DNA from: Hemiscyllium ocellatum
Taxonomy: Eukaryota
Assembly: GCF_020745735.1 (NCBI RefSeq)
Contig: NC_083411.1
Span: forward strand, 98,442,328-98,506,327
Direction: 5' to 3'
Length of the DNA stretch: 64,000 nucleotides
In this document: one piece after another, positions 14,601 to 29,600 of the stretch
How positions within the stretch are numbered: the stretch's first letter is position 1
Layout: each line of letters begins with the position of its first letter
Notes under the pieces: model-generated
What the model saw: the letters and a program-made list of their open reading frames with translations, nothing else
Told to the model about the DNA's origin: nothing
The model's database searches: none
Program-made: the position numbers and the translations under genes

Positions 14601-17600
14601 TGGATAAAGAACTGGTTCAGCATGAAATAAGAGTAGTAGTTGAAGGAAGTTTCTTGAAATGGAGAAAGGTGACCAGTGGTGTTCCACAGGGATCAATGCT
14701 GTGTCCACTGTTTGTGATATACATAAATGATCTGGAAGAGGGCACTGTTGGTATGATCAGCACGTTTGCAGATGAAACGAAGGTTGGTGGAGTAGCAAAA
14801 AGCATAGGGGACTGTCAAAGAATACAGGAGCGAACTATATACTGTAAACAGAGAAGAGTCTTGGGAAAAGTTGATGAGCAGAGAGATCTGGGAGTTCAGG
14901 TCTATTGTACCTTGAAGGTTGCTGCACAGGTGGATAGAGTGGTCAAGAAGGCATAAGGATGGGGTATTGAGTATAAGAGCTGGCAGGTCATGTTAAAATT
15001 GTACACGATATTGGTTCGGCTGCACTTAGAATACTGTGTACAGTTCTTGTTGCCACATTACCAAAAGGATGTGGATGCTTTGACGGGGTGCAGAGAAAAT
15101 TTACAAGGATGTTGCTTGGTATGGAAGGTGCTAGCTGTAAAGAGAGGTTGAGTAGGTTCGGATTGTTTCCAGTAGAAAAAAGGAGATTGAAGGGGGAATC
15201 TGTTTGAGGTTTACAAAGTCATGAAGGGTATAGACAGGGTTGATAGAGATTAGCTTTTTCCCAGGGTGAGGGATTCAATAACGAGGGTCACGCTTTCAAG
15301 GTGAGAGGTGAAAAGTTTAAGGAGGATACACTCAGCAAGTACTTTACACAGAGGGTAATTCCAGGCACCTACCCTGGAATGTGTTCCCGTAGAGGTAGTA
15401 GAGGCAGGTACAGTAGATTCATTTAAGATGCGTCTGGACTGATGCACGAGTAGGTGGGGAGCAGAGGGATACAGATGCTTAGGAATTGGGTGACAGATTT
15501 AGACAGTACATTTGGATCGGCTCAGGCTTGGAGGGCCGAAGGGCCTGTTCCTGGGCTGTAAATTTTCTTTGTTCTTTTGTTCTCTGCTTTGCCCCCCCCC
15601 CATTGCCTTTTAACCCTTTGTTCCAAGTACTATATATAACTCCTTAAAATCATATGTTTTGGCCTTGGATTGTTTTCTGAGGTAGTGAATTCATTCCTCA
15701 CCTTTCACTGAGTGAAGAAAATTTTCTTTTATCTCTGTTATAAATGAGATTCCTGGGATTTGAAACATTATTCCTGAATCTACCCTGCCTGGTCTTGTTG
15801 AATTTTGCTGATTTCTGTAATAACCTCCTCTCCCCTGCATTCTTCTGAACTCGAGCAAATTTAATCCTATCTTCAACCTTTATTCCATCATTGGTCACAC
15901 CATCCCAGACGTCAGTATGGTAAACAGTTGCTGCAGACCTCCTTTTTCAAGAACACCGTTTCTTAGATAAGGAGATCAAAACTGTGCACAATAATCCAAG
16001 TGTGATCTCACCAAGCCCTTGTATAATTGCAGGAAGACATCCCTGCTCCTGTACTTGAATCCTTTAGTTACAAAGGCAAAATTTCATTTGCCTTTATTGC
16101 CTTCTGCATCTGTGTGACAAGTTTGAGGACACTTAGGTCTCTTGAACCTTCTCCTCTCAATTTATAGCTATTCCTTGATTTGCCTTCCTGTTTTTGCTAA
16201 TGAAGTATATAACCTTCCGTTTATCCACATTATACTTAATTTGCCATGCACTTACCCACTCCCTCAATTTGTCTAAACCATAATGAAGCATCTCTGCATC
16301 CTCCTCACAGTTCATCTTCCCACCCAGCTTTGTGAATTCTGAAAATTTGAATAGAGTACATTTAATTCCGTCATGTAAATAATTAAAATGTATTGTGAAT
16401 TCCTAGCACTGATCCCTGTGATACCCCACTTGTCAGTGACTGCCAGTCAGGGGAAAGATAACATTTATTCCAACTCCTCGTTTTTCATTTGCCAACCAGT
16501 TTTTCATCCATCTCTATACACTGACTTGTCTATAATTCTCTCTGGTAACTTTTTTTAAATAGAGGGGTTACATTAGCTATCCTTTCAATCAGGAGGTACT
16601 GTTCCAGAGTGTGTTGAACATTAGGTGACCATTGATGCAACCACCATTTCTAGGGTCAGTTCCTTAAGTACTCTGGGACATAGGTTTATAATTCCCGAGG
16701 ACTTGATAACCTTCGACCCTAGCAATTTCTCGAACGTCTTTCCTCTAGTAGTAATGATTTCACCCCTCTTTAACCCCTGTATTCCCCATCATTTCTGCTG
16801 TGTCTTGTGTGTCCTCCTTTGTTAACAAACGTATGTGTTTTATTGGTCAGCCATTTCTTTGTTCCCATTATACATTCCCTGGTTTCTGACTGTAAGGGGT
16901 GTACTCTTCTCTTTGCATACCTTTTAGAAATTTTTACAGTCAGTTTTTTTTTAATATTCCCTGCAAGCTAACACAGTTTCACTATTTTTCCCCTTTCTTA
17001 ATCAATATCTTTGTCCTCCTTTGAATTCTAAACTGTTTTCATTCCTCCGGTATGTTGGTTTTGTTCCTAATTTAAATCTGTTTTTTTTTTAAATCAGAAT
17101 GTCTGTTGACATCTTTGTTGCTTGTTTCAACAAATTGCTGTCAACCCAAGCACTTTCAAAGGAAAGATTAGGATCCATCTGCCAATACTGGTGATGATTT
17201 TATCCTTCGTGATACAGACCTAATCAGAGAGCTCATTTTTGGTATGAGTCAGTTTTGTTGGAAAACATTTTTTTTTTAAATTGCAAACTCTTTAAAAGTA
17301 GGCATGTTATTTTATTGAGAAGTCCTTTTATTTGAAGGATAATATCAAGATGAAAATGAATGGGCGAGAAGATCGGATCAAGAGGGAATGTTTACATCAA
17401 ATCTTTTCCAGCATTTTAACTCTACTTAATAGGATTGTCAGCTCTTCAATTTAGATTAATCTCCAGAATGTCACGAGTAAGGCCAGGAGAAAAATTGTCA
17501 GTCTGTTATAGAAAATCATTATTTTTCATTTCATTTGTTTATTAGTCACAAAAATATTGAAGGGATTGATTGAAGGCTGTTTAATTTTTTTTATTCATCG

Positions 17601-20600
17601 CTAAAGTATGGGTGTTATATGTTAATGTTTATGCCCATTGGTAATTGTTGTTGGGAGGGTTAGCTTCCTCCTTGAGGTTAGTAAATTCAATTAGGATGGG
17701 CTTTTCCTGACTGTGGCCTGCAACCACATGGGATAAATGTGGAATTGAACAGCTTCCTCATGTCCCCTCTCCCCACATTATCCCAGTCCCAAGCCTCCAA
17801 CTGGGCACCACTTTCCAGACCTGTCTATCACTCCCCCTTCTGACCTACCACCTTCTCCCTCACCTTCATCCACCTATCGCTTTCTCAGCTCCTCCTCCCA
17901 CCACCCCTCTCCCGCTTATCTCTCAGCCCCGACCCACAAGCCTCATTCCTGATCAAAGACTTATGCCCGAAACATCGATTCTCCTGCTCTTCGGATGCTG
18001 CCTGCCCTGCTGTGCTTTTCCAGCAGCACGCTCTCAACTTTAAAATCTATGACCCAGTCATTGATTCGTTCATCAAGGGATATGTTTCTTTGGAGACATC
18101 AAGTCTCACTGACACCATCTCTATTTGACTCTCATTGGGTAGGGACAGCACTCTGTTAAATATAGAGCAAAGCTCACTCTACTCTTAAAAAGTAGTTTCC
18201 TCGACTCTTTGGAATTCAAAATAAAGTTCCTTTGACTCTTTTCAAACAAAAATGCATTCCCTTCACTATCCCCAGCAAATACTTTTGGGATTGGGGCAAC
18301 AAGGGATTGAAATACAACATGAAATTTCCTCGACTCGTTTGAACTGAAAATAAAGTTCTTTCGACGTCACTCCCAGCAAATGCACTTGAGGTAGGGACAA
18401 CAGGGACAAAGGGTTAAAATACAGACTAACCTTTCATCTACTCATTTGAACTCTAGTAAACTTAGTCATCTCAGCTTTGTCCCTATGAAACACCATGATA
18501 AGATGCATGTTTAGATGATTCCATTGGTCAGAGAATCTGAAAATACGATATTTCAGGATAAGGACCAATCTTATTAGAAGGAAATAAGAAACAATGAGAC
18601 TGGAGGGCTGTGTGTCTTTGGTGTTCTCTACTGGAGGATGTGAATGTTCCATCCCTTCAGGCAGTTTGAGTTGACAAATGTTTGGCATCTCAGGGAATCC
18701 AGGGATATGGGGAAGTGTGCAGGAAAGTGTGGCTATTATTCAGGATCAACCACAATTGTATTGAATGATGTTGCGGTTTTGAAGGACCATTAATCTATTC
18801 TGTTCTGATTTCTTGTGTAGTCTAATATTTCATCAATTTGAAGTGATCTGACAGTATTTGCATTTCATAAATGGATCAAAAGTGCTATAATTACAAGTTG
18901 TGTCACAGAATTTTCATCCTTTTATTACCTTCTTTCAAATTAGCATTAGCTTTCTTGTCATGGGCACTTAAATGAGTGCAGTGAAAAGTTTGCAATGTAG
19001 CCACTTATGGAGTCATCTTAGGTATAAGATACCGACGTACAGATACTGAAGTGTTTGATGCAAAATTTAAAAAAAAGTACATAAAAGTCCAGCATAAGAA
19101 CAAAAAAAGGAGGCAAAAAGTACTCCAGTTACACCCTCGTCTATATCAGCACCTAGCCTTCAGACTACACCTGGCCAGTCTCCAGTTCATGCTGGGATTC
19201 AAAACTTGAGGCCTTGCCTCCAGTCTGCAAAGGCCTCTCCTTTCTGTTGTGACCTCCAGTCTGGGATGTGTCTCCTCATGATGGCCTCTATTCAGGACTC
19301 ATTTCGAGGACGCTCCGGCCTTCGGTATGGGACCCACCTTCTGAGCCAGCCTCCAGTCCAGGACTCTCCGCCAGGCCTTACCTCACGTGCTGGCCTGATC
19401 TGGGACTTGCTGTAACAGATTTCAGTCTAGGAGTTGCCTCATCCGTTCCCCTGTGAATAGTAACTGAAAGTTAGAAGTTTGAAAAGGAAGGAAAAAAAGA
19501 ACAGGTGGAACAGAGGAGCTCCGCCTGGAGCATCCTACTCTGCCTATGTCCCAAAACAGTGCACAGTGAGGTGGGTTGTTTCTCAATTTTTTTTATGCAC
19601 TGGTCTTTATATTTTCCTTGGGGCTATGTATAGAGATGTCAGCAAGGATATGCATGAAGATGGAGGCAGATAGCATGGTAAGAATTGCAAAAGGGCTAAT
19701 GTTGACATGGGCGTGATCTTTTTCTCTCCGGCAGTTCTAGCGCGAGTAAAGACACCAAAGGTGCAACCCGAAAGATACAGAGCTTGGAGGGAAAATGATG
19801 ACAGGTCAGTACCGACTGAATGTTTAATTAAATGAAAATCAAGTTACGTCATTGTACAGAATGTGCATCAAAATCAGCCTAGAGACGGTCTTAATTCATA
19901 GGATCCAGTAATTCGGTTAGGACTGATTTCAGTAACTTAATAGATGATGTAGACAACATTCACATTTATTTGTTTTTTCTTGTATATCACAATTATAGTT
20001 CCACTAATTCCTATTTCATTGAAATAATTTTAATAGCAAGATTTTTTATAGAACAGGTCCACAAGTTGTTGGACTTTTAGATTTGAAGGTGAAACTGAAT
20101 CCCTTAGGAGTTGGTGGTCCGATGAGTAAAAGTTAGATAATTGATTTAAAATCATCCATGTCATTTTTGCTTAAATTGATAGATTGCCAAGCTTTTATAT
20201 ACTTCACTAATTTCAATCATAAAATTCTGATGTCTCAATAATATTGGTAGTACAGAACTTGAGCTTTGCTGAAAAAAAGACCTGTTTTGTTACAGCTTTT
20301 CATCTTGCATTCAGGCCAGTTCAAGGGAAAAACATAGATCAACATGAAAGGAGAGTGCTGATCATTTGGCAGGTGGACTCTAGTTGAGGTGTTACCGTGG
20401 CAATTATGTCCATTAATACTAATTGTTAACTGTTCAAATTTTAATTTGTGTCACCCAGCCTGCTTTGCAATTTTACAATGTGGTTGATTTCTTATGCTGA
20501 CATCATTTCAGCTGGATAGCTGATGAATCCTTTTACGTGCAGCCAAATTCAAATTTCTGCTTTGATATATAAAATTCTCATGCATCTCCAGATCTTTCAA

Positions 20601-23600
20601 AAATCCAAGTCAACTTGTTCCGCGCACACAGCAAAAAATCAAATTCCCTAGATGTCTCACGACTTTTAAAGGCACTGCAGTAGGACTGCATTTGTTGTTC
20701 CAAATATGCCTGATCCACTAACTATACTGCTCTTGAAGACTGCACTTGATCTTGAATGTCTATGTGCTTCAATAGATTTCTTTCACTCTGTAAACATATG
20801 CTAACTTTCTATTAGTTGTTCGATTGTTTTGCAGCATTGTGCAAAGATAGAGAGCCTATTGTTCTTTTCACGTTCCATTCCATTATTTGCCTTTAATAAA
20901 CTAGAGAGTGGGGACAATATGTACTTATAGACCAAATTATTCCTCAGTATTATTGTTTGTCTCTCTCCATTTAAAAAAAAATGGCATGTTACTAGTATAT
21001 CATGACAAATCTCAATTTCAATATTGACCTGACTGATCACAGTTTTGTGGTATGGAAGTATGGAGTGAGTGTAAGCCAAAATGAAGTGCATGACTTTCCA
21101 TTTCAGTTTCTTCAGTGCCTAATGATTAGCCTTTTGGTGGTGGTGGTTGTCAGGAGGCATGATTACAGAATATATGACTGAATGTTTATATTTAAGAATT
21201 TATTTTTATGCCCTTCAAATTCCATGTAACAATGATTTTCTGCACAGTCTTAAAGACTTCATTGTGAGTGATGAGTCATCTTTTGACGAATTGGAAATAA
21301 ATGGGACTGTGGAGAGAGAGCACAGCGCTCATATTGGTAAGTAATCTGCATACAAAAAGTTCTCTAGATGCCCATTTGCTCATGGTTGTTTCTCATGTTT
21401 AAAGCATCAACTCTCCCACTAGAAAATTTGTTAATTTCATAATGCATGCTCTTGAATAGGAAAAGCATGCAAGCATCTTGTTATCGAAATTCAAAACTTG
21501 CACCTAGGAGTCCGGAGGAAATAAAAAGTGTCTACCTTTGGAGACAAGTTTGACAAGGAACATTGGACACAGAACTTACAATCCACTATAATTTTATTTA
21601 AATTATATTTCAGTGTTAATGCATCTTACAAAAATTGAGTTTCTGGGTATGTAGAATTTCAGCAATATTTGGTGAAAAATGGCAATAATTAATGAACAGT
21701 TTGATACTATTTCACATACTGCTTTCATATTTTGAGTTTGTGAATGGTGGTAATCTGATGCTGCATTCACATCATCCTTTTCCTCACCTGATTTCAAGGA
21801 TAACGTAAATCTATTTAGAGAAGTCAAGAATTGGCAAATGCGCATGTCCTCTGGGGCAGACAGTGGTATACTTGAGCAAGGTCAAATACTTCCTATTTTA
21901 AGGCTATTTTCTTATTAGAAGTGGGCAGTGAGATCAACTTGTGGAGTGGCAGGAGGAGAAAGAAAGAAAGAAATCTGAGCATTACATTTGGGCATGTTGA
22001 ATTCTGTTTAAACCACAGGACTCATGGGCTCAGAAGGTGGTAGTAGCTCAAATCATCCCACGAACGCCAAAAAATTGAATGAACTGTCAAATCCATCAGA
22101 TACATCAAGCGATGAGTTTGAGTCACTTTTTCAAAGGATTAAAAACAAAACACAGAGAGATCCAAATCTAATATCCAGCAACTTGAATGGAAGAATGGCT
22201 AATACTGGTAAGTTTGTTTTTGTTATTTTGTTAATTCACTACCCTTAAGCAAAATCAACCTATTGATGTGAAGTTATGTAGGTGAATGTACATAGGATGT
22301 CTGCTTTGAGTGTGTGAACCCATGCATGAGTTATTAATCCTTTCATGATCTTGTTTCGCCTCATCTGAGTGATCACAGCTAGATATTGCGGTATGTATCC
22401 CATTGGACTATTATTTGAAACTAGCTTGATGGTTAGAGAACTACTGAATAGAAAGTTAGGATAAATTTCTTCCCTTGTTTCCTTTTAACACCTGTTCAAA
22501 ATCTTTAAATCGATGTACCATCAGCTGATTAGGCCAGGTTTTCTTTGTAACAGATTTACTTAAAAGGAGATAATCTGGTGTACCTGTATTGTCTGCAGTC
22601 AATCTCCTTTCTGCTTGAAAGAAAATACCCCAGATACTCCACATTAATCTTGTGTCTAGAATCACTTGTCCCTGGAACTGTTCTGAGAAATTTCCTCTGT
22701 ACCCATTGTTCATATCATGTGAGTGGAGCTGACTAAACCAGTATTTATTGCCCATCCCTTGTTGCCTAGAGGGCTTTAAAGGTCAGCACATAGGTCACCT
22801 GTAGGCCAGACTATTTGAGGACTGCCAATATCCTTCCCTAAAGGGTATTCATGAACCACATGGGATTTTATGAGAATTGACAGTGGTTACATGTTTGATG
22901 TTAGGCCTGTTTTTTATATTTTTTTAATATAATTTAAGTTTTGCCATTGGCCGTGGTGAGATTCAAAATTATGTCCTCAGAGCAATAACCTGGGATTCAA
23001 GGTTACTATTCTAGTGATATTACCCCTCCATCACTGCCTCCTCTTAAACATGGTGTCTGTGTTGTCTCCTGTAAATGTTATTCTTGCTCCAATTTTGAAA
23101 TTTTGTGTCAAATTTTGGGCTGTAAGTTTAATTTAGTTGTTGATGGTTTCCTGGTCCTAGTTTATAGCAGTCCGAGATACACCTGCTGATGGCACAATCA
23201 AACCCATCTGCTGTCCATCAGTAAAAGTGGCTTAGTAGCCATTTTTGCATGCTGAATATTGAAGAACATATCTGCCAAAGTGCATTTAGGGTATGTAGTA
23301 AAAGAACCAACATCAACATAAAATACTATCTTGAACTGGTCCCTAGTTGCCTCTGAGAAGGAGTTGGTAAGCATGGTCATTGTTTGGATCTGTAATGCTG
23401 TTAAGGAGGGTATTCCAAGATTTTGATGAAGCGACACTGAAGCAGCAGTGATATAATACCAAGTGGCTTGGCGTTTTGATATATTTGCTGTCCTTGCCCT
23501 TGTCCTTCTGGATGTTAGTGATCATTGGTTTGAATCAAGCTGTCAAAGGATCCTTGGTGAATTTCTGTAGTACTTTGTATAGATAATATACACTGTTGCT

Positions 23601-26600
23601 ATTTGAACATGATTAGTAAAGGAATGGAATGACACCACATCCATAAACAATCTAGCCAGCTCATTGGTCCTGGGTGGTGTCAAGTAGCATTGGGACTGAT
23701 TCATCTGGCAAACGGGGCTATTTTCCATCACACTCCTGACTTATGGATGTTGGACAGGATTTGGGGAGTCAGGAGGTGAATTACTCACTTTAGTACTTCT
23801 AGCCACTGTATTTGTATGGTGAATCCATTTGAGTTTCTGGTCAATGCTAACCCCAAGGATGTTGATAGTGGGGGATAACCATTGAATGTCAAAAGGCGAT
23901 AGTTAGATTGTCTCTCTTGTGAAGATGGTCACTGCCTGGCATGTGTGGCGTGAATATCGTTGCCACTTTTCAGCTTACGTTTAAAATTAGAATAAACTGT
24001 AGTAAAGCTACTTTTTAGGAAAATTTGCATATTTTGTGTATTTTATTATAAATTCGTTGTTCTCCCATTTTTTTTAAAAACCATTTAGAGCCAGTGAAAC
24101 AAAAACCAAGTTTTAACACACTGGAAGTGAAACGCAAATCTAGAGACAAGAAGAATTTTGTTTCGATCTCTACCCAGCCATCAAAATCTGTGAAAAGTGT
24201 TCTATCAGAACTAACTTCATTCAACCAAGTATCAGACTTTAATCTATCGAGTGTTTCTGAGTCACAATCTCAACGTCCAGTATCAAGACAGTATGTATTC
24301 TGGAAAGGTTTCCTGGCCAGTCCTTTGTGTCAAGTTACTATTGAGGTGTTGTCAATGTCTGTTTTTGTTTTGTCAAAACCTAGATTTTCACGATTAGATA
24401 TTTTTGGATCTTTGAGTCTGGAAATGTTCAATTGGTCTGTCTGATATGGAAAGAACACCAGAATTCATCTGCCAATGATCTTGGTAGATAAATATGTAAT
24501 CTAGTCATAACTGACTGAGAGTGCCATAACAAACTTGATAGTGTGTTACAGGTCCTGTGCATGTTAAACTTTTTTTTTGTCCCAGAGCATTTTTTTAATA
24601 GAGATGTGATCTTTTTAGATCCTTTTGCTGTGAACGTTTTGTAATCACAATTTTGAATATCAATAATGGGCTATCGTCATTAAGTTATAGGCAATGTCCT
24701 CTTTGTTTGATGCATCAGACTGCAATTACCCCTTACATTAATCAATATGGTTGGTTCTTTTCTTTTAAAGAGCTTCCTTTTTTTTTGGTGAGTGATTATT
24801 CCTTAATTTTGATTTAATGTTTCTCATCAGGTGTCAAATACCTTGCTGTTTCCTTCAGGACTTGACTCTCAGCTCGTCAAAATATGTAAAAAATTTTAAA
24901 CAAAACCGTGAGGAGTTAACTCAAGAACTCTATAATTTATACAATAAGAGTGTTTTTCAGCAGAAGGTAAAACATTATTGATCCTATAATGGTTGCCAGC
25001 CAATAAACTTGGTCCATTCTTGGATATGACTAACATTCCCTGTGATTTTGCAGCTTCCGGAGAAGTTGGTGATAACCTGGAATAAGAAAATGCGAAAAAC
25101 TGCTGGATATTGTGTTACTGGACAGAAACGAGATGGTGCTGTCAAACGTTATGCTAGAATCGAATTGTCAGAGAAAGTTTGTGATTCAGCTGGTGAGAAC
25201 AAAATTTAACATGTAATTGAATAAAAGTGCTTTCAAGTAATGTTAATTTTTATTCCATGGACATTGATTTGATTTGGTATCTGTCTCCCCATTTTGATTT
25301 GATAATGAAAGCATAAAAATGGGAAGGACAGATTTTAAAACTGGAGCCAAGTTCTGATCAGGATCACTAAATCTGTATGAGCAGTTTTCTTTGTCGTTTC
25401 CTCTTTTTCAAATTTCTGTAATTTAAGGAAAACTACCTTGATGACACACATCCAGACCATTAGCTCAAATGTGCAGTGTCTGTTTGGACAGATTTCCATT
25501 TAACTGGGAACAGAAAGTTGCCCTGATGCTGATGATCCATTATTTTTCCTTCATTAAATGCATTTAATCATTAGAATTTCCAAAAGAAAGCGAATTAGTA
25601 TAATCTTATGTAAGGATGAGTTTCCTGCCTCATTTAGTTTGGTGTTACTTTGCAGAACGTCTGCGGGATACGTTGATTCATGAATTGTGTCATGCTGCCA
25701 CCTGGCTCATTAATAATGTTCGTGATGGACATGGACCATTTTGGAAGTTGTATGCACAGAGATCTATACTTGTCCACCCAGAATTACCAATGGTTACACG
25801 CTGTCACACATATGAAATAAATTATAAGTATACATATCAGTGTAACAAGTGCAAAAACACGTAAGTATGAGAAATTCAGTTTCTTAAACTATTCTAACTT
25901 GAATTGTCAACAAAACAAAGCAATTAAGTTCAATTATTCAAACAGTGTAAATACTGAATTAAGAGAAAAGGGTTCCTAATCACAGCTCATTTTGTACTGC
26001 AGTATTGGTTTTTTCTGTGGCCTCTCCCTCCTAAACTTGGTCCAGCCTTTCAATCAGTCCAGATATTGGCATTGCTGCATTCTGAGTTTTTGTACACTCC
26101 CCAAAATCAATGACTGTGGATGAAGCTTCGTCTTCAGTTGTGAAAGATAGCAAGTTTTAGAAATCAGTCCACACCACACTCACCTCACCTCACCCCCGCC
26201 CCCAAATCCAAAATCTCTTCCATGAATTTTCCTCTAAGGGCAGCACAGTGGATCAGTGGTTAGCACTGCTGCCTCACCGTATTAGTGACCTGGGTTCAAT
26301 TCCACCTTCTGGTGACTGTCTGTCTGTATGGAGTTTACACATTTCTTTCTGTATTTGCATGGATTTTTGCTGGGTGTCCTGGTTTCCTAAGTCCAAAGAT
26401 TTGCAGGTTAGGTGGACTGGCAATGCTAAATTATCCATAGTGTTCAGCGATGTCTAATTTAGGAGTGTTAGCCATGGAAACTGCAGGGATATGGGGATAG
26501 GGTGAGGGTGGGACTGGGATAGGGTGAGGATTGGACTGGGTGGGATGCTCTTCAGAGGGTCTGTGTGGACTCGTTGGGCCAAATGGCTTGTTTCCATACT

Positions 26601-29600
26601 ATAGGGATTGTAATCTATGAAATACTCTTTAAAACATAGCCAAATTCTTAGCCAAACGGATATCTGTTGCAAAGGTCCTTCAACACCCTCCAAATCCTCG
26701 ATTAATTCCATTTTCGAAATCTAAGGATAGTGGGTACATGGGAACGCCACCACCTGCATGTTGCCCTTCAAACACCACCAACCTAACTTTGAAATATAGT
26801 GCTGTACCCTCACTGTCAGTGGGTCAAAACCCTGAAATGTCCTGTGAGTCTACCTACAGCACATGGATAGCCGCAATTCAAGATCATAGTGCACCATCTT
26901 AGGGGCAACTAAACCATGGCAATAAGTTCTGCCCCAACCAGTGACACCATGTCCTATGAATGAATGGAAAGAAAATCTCTGAATTTTTGTTTGAGAATAC
27001 TTCCACAAAACACGTTGGACATTTTCAGCTATGTTAAATGTACATAAATGCAAGCTGTTTTCGCAATGTTCTAGCTTGTCAATTTGGTTTCAGCACTCTT
27101 GAGCTAAAAAGAAGGAAAAACAGTCAGGTTCAGCCTTTTATCTCACTGAACTGGCTCATGTTCTCCTGTCTTTCTGACCCTCCCATGGTGGGTTATCGTC
27201 TGGCCAATTACCTTGCATCTTAGATGGCTGGCCAACCATTTGAATTACTGGACGTTTTCTAGGACCTGAGGAACTTGGACTTTCAATTGAGGAGGGACAA
27301 AACTATATGAACAACTTGTGACATGGATTGTACTTGTCTGATGTGAGATTGAGACTCCAAATCCATGTTAGCCCAAATAGAAACATAGAAAAATACAGCG
27401 CAGTACAGGCCCTTCGGCCCTCGATGTTGCGCCGACCGAAGCCTACCTAACCTACACTAGCCCAATAACCTCCATATGTTTATCCAATGCCCGCTTAAAT
27501 GACCATAAAGAGGGAGAGTCCACCACTGCTACTGGCAGGGCATTCCATGAAGTCTCAACCCGCTGAGTAAAGAATCTACCCCTAACATCTGTCCTATACC
27601 TACCACCCCTTTAATTTAAAGCTGTGTCCCCTAGTAACAGCTGACTCCATTAGCGGAAAAAGGTTCTCACTGTCAACTCTATCTAAACCCCTAATCATCT
27701 TGTACACCTCTATCAAATCTCCCCTAAACCTTCTTTTCTCCAATGAGAACAGCCCCAAGTGCCTCAGCCTTTCCTCATACGATCTTCCTACCATGCCAGG
27801 CAACATCCTGGTAAACCTCCTCTGCACTTGTTCTAATGCCTCCACATCCTTCCTATAGTATGGCAACCAAATCCCATGTGCTTCAATCTAACACACAATA
27901 CGTTTTGTATGTGGGACTTCCTCAAATGCTTTCTGAAAATCAAAATGCAGCACATTCACTTTTTTGTTTTCGTATGTGTTCTATCAGTTATGTTCTCACA
28001 AAATTCCTGTACATTTCTTAAACATAACTTCCCTTCTGTAGTCCATATTGCCATTTTCTAATTTCATTGGTATCTTCAAAGTGTCCTTTTACTGTGCACT
28101 TTTTAGAATATGTGAGCATTTTTACCACCTACTGACGGGAGATCAAACAGTCTGTAAAACCAAGTTTCTCACTCAAAAATTGGCTTACATTTGCCATCCT
28201 CGAATCTGACAGGACTGTTTCAGAATCTGCAGAATTTTCAAAGATGACAACTGATGCACCCACTATCTCCATGACTGTCTTTTTTTCCAGCTCCCTGGGA
28301 TGTAGATCATTAGGTCCTGAGGATTTATCAACTTTCAGTCCCATAAATTTCTTCATCACTATATTTTTACTGAATCGAATTTGCTTCACTTCCTCCCTCC
28401 AAATAGACTGTTGTTTCCCTCATATTCCTGGGAAGCTCCTTCTATCTTCTGTGAGAACAGAATTAAAGGAGTTGTTTTAATTGCACTGCCATTTTCTATG
28501 TACGTTATCACTCTCTTTCTTTCCCCCCCCACCCCACCCCCATTTTGGTTGATAAGAGACAACCCTTTGTGTTCACTAATCTTTTCTCTTATAGACTTAG
28601 AGGTTGTTATGATTTGTTTTTATGTTCCTCCAAGATTGCTGTCATACAGTCGGTTCTGCTATAAAGCGTGTTACTTCGATGTGAATTAGCTTTAATGCAG
28701 TTGAAGAATTTAGATAGTTATTTGTAGAACACAAATTTTCCTGGCCTGAATTGGCTATAACATGATTTGAGCTACATTAGTTTAAATGGCATGGCTATTG
28801 TGCGATTTTCTTAAATTGCAAGATCGCATAAGAACTGAACTTTCGCTATATACCAGAACCGACTGTACTAAATTTCCTCAAACTCCTTCACCGAATTAAC
28901 TACTTCATTTCCCTTAGCTGAATTTTTTTAAAGAACTTTATCACTCTTATTTGAATCTAATACTTTCCTTATTTTACTTTGGCTGCTGTGGTTAGCCACC
29001 TTTTGCTGTTTGTTTTGTTTTTGGACCAGAAAGGAATATTCAACTGTTACAATGCATCCATCTGTTCCTTAATATTAACTATTGCTTATCTAATGTAATG
29101 CCTTTGAATGAAGTTAGCTAATCTGTTGGAGCCAATTTATAGCTAATGTATTTGTAGATTTCTGTGTTTGAAATTTAGGACCACTTGGATTACTTCATTT
29201 TCCATTCTAATCAAGGACTCCATCATGCTATGATCACTCTTCCCTAAAAGACCTCGCACAAGAGGATTATGAATTAACCCCATGTTGTAGACAGCCAGAT
29301 CGACTATTTCCTGTCTGCCAGTGAATTCCTTCATGTACTGGTCTTAAAAAAAAAAATTTGCACACACTGCAGGAACTTGTCTTCTGCCATACTATTCACA
29401 CATGGTTTGCCAAGTCAATATTTAAATTAGAATCACTTATGATTTCTACAATGATCTTAGTGAATGCACCTCATATCCTGTTTAATGTTGTCTCGTACCC
29501 TACTACTCCTGCTGTATAGACTTGTCGACTTGTGTTTTGCACTCCTTGATGCTGTGATGCTGTAGAATTGCACTTTGTTTTACAACAGTCCTGTGAAGTT

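Noticed and set aside
17098-17241. 144-nt segment with good acceptor (poly-T aaatcag) and donor (gtatga) between GCNA exons 4 and 5
   Set aside because: Splicing in phase 1 creates TAA immediately, and exon 4 joins exon 5 cleanly. It could only be a poison exon, for which there is no evidence.
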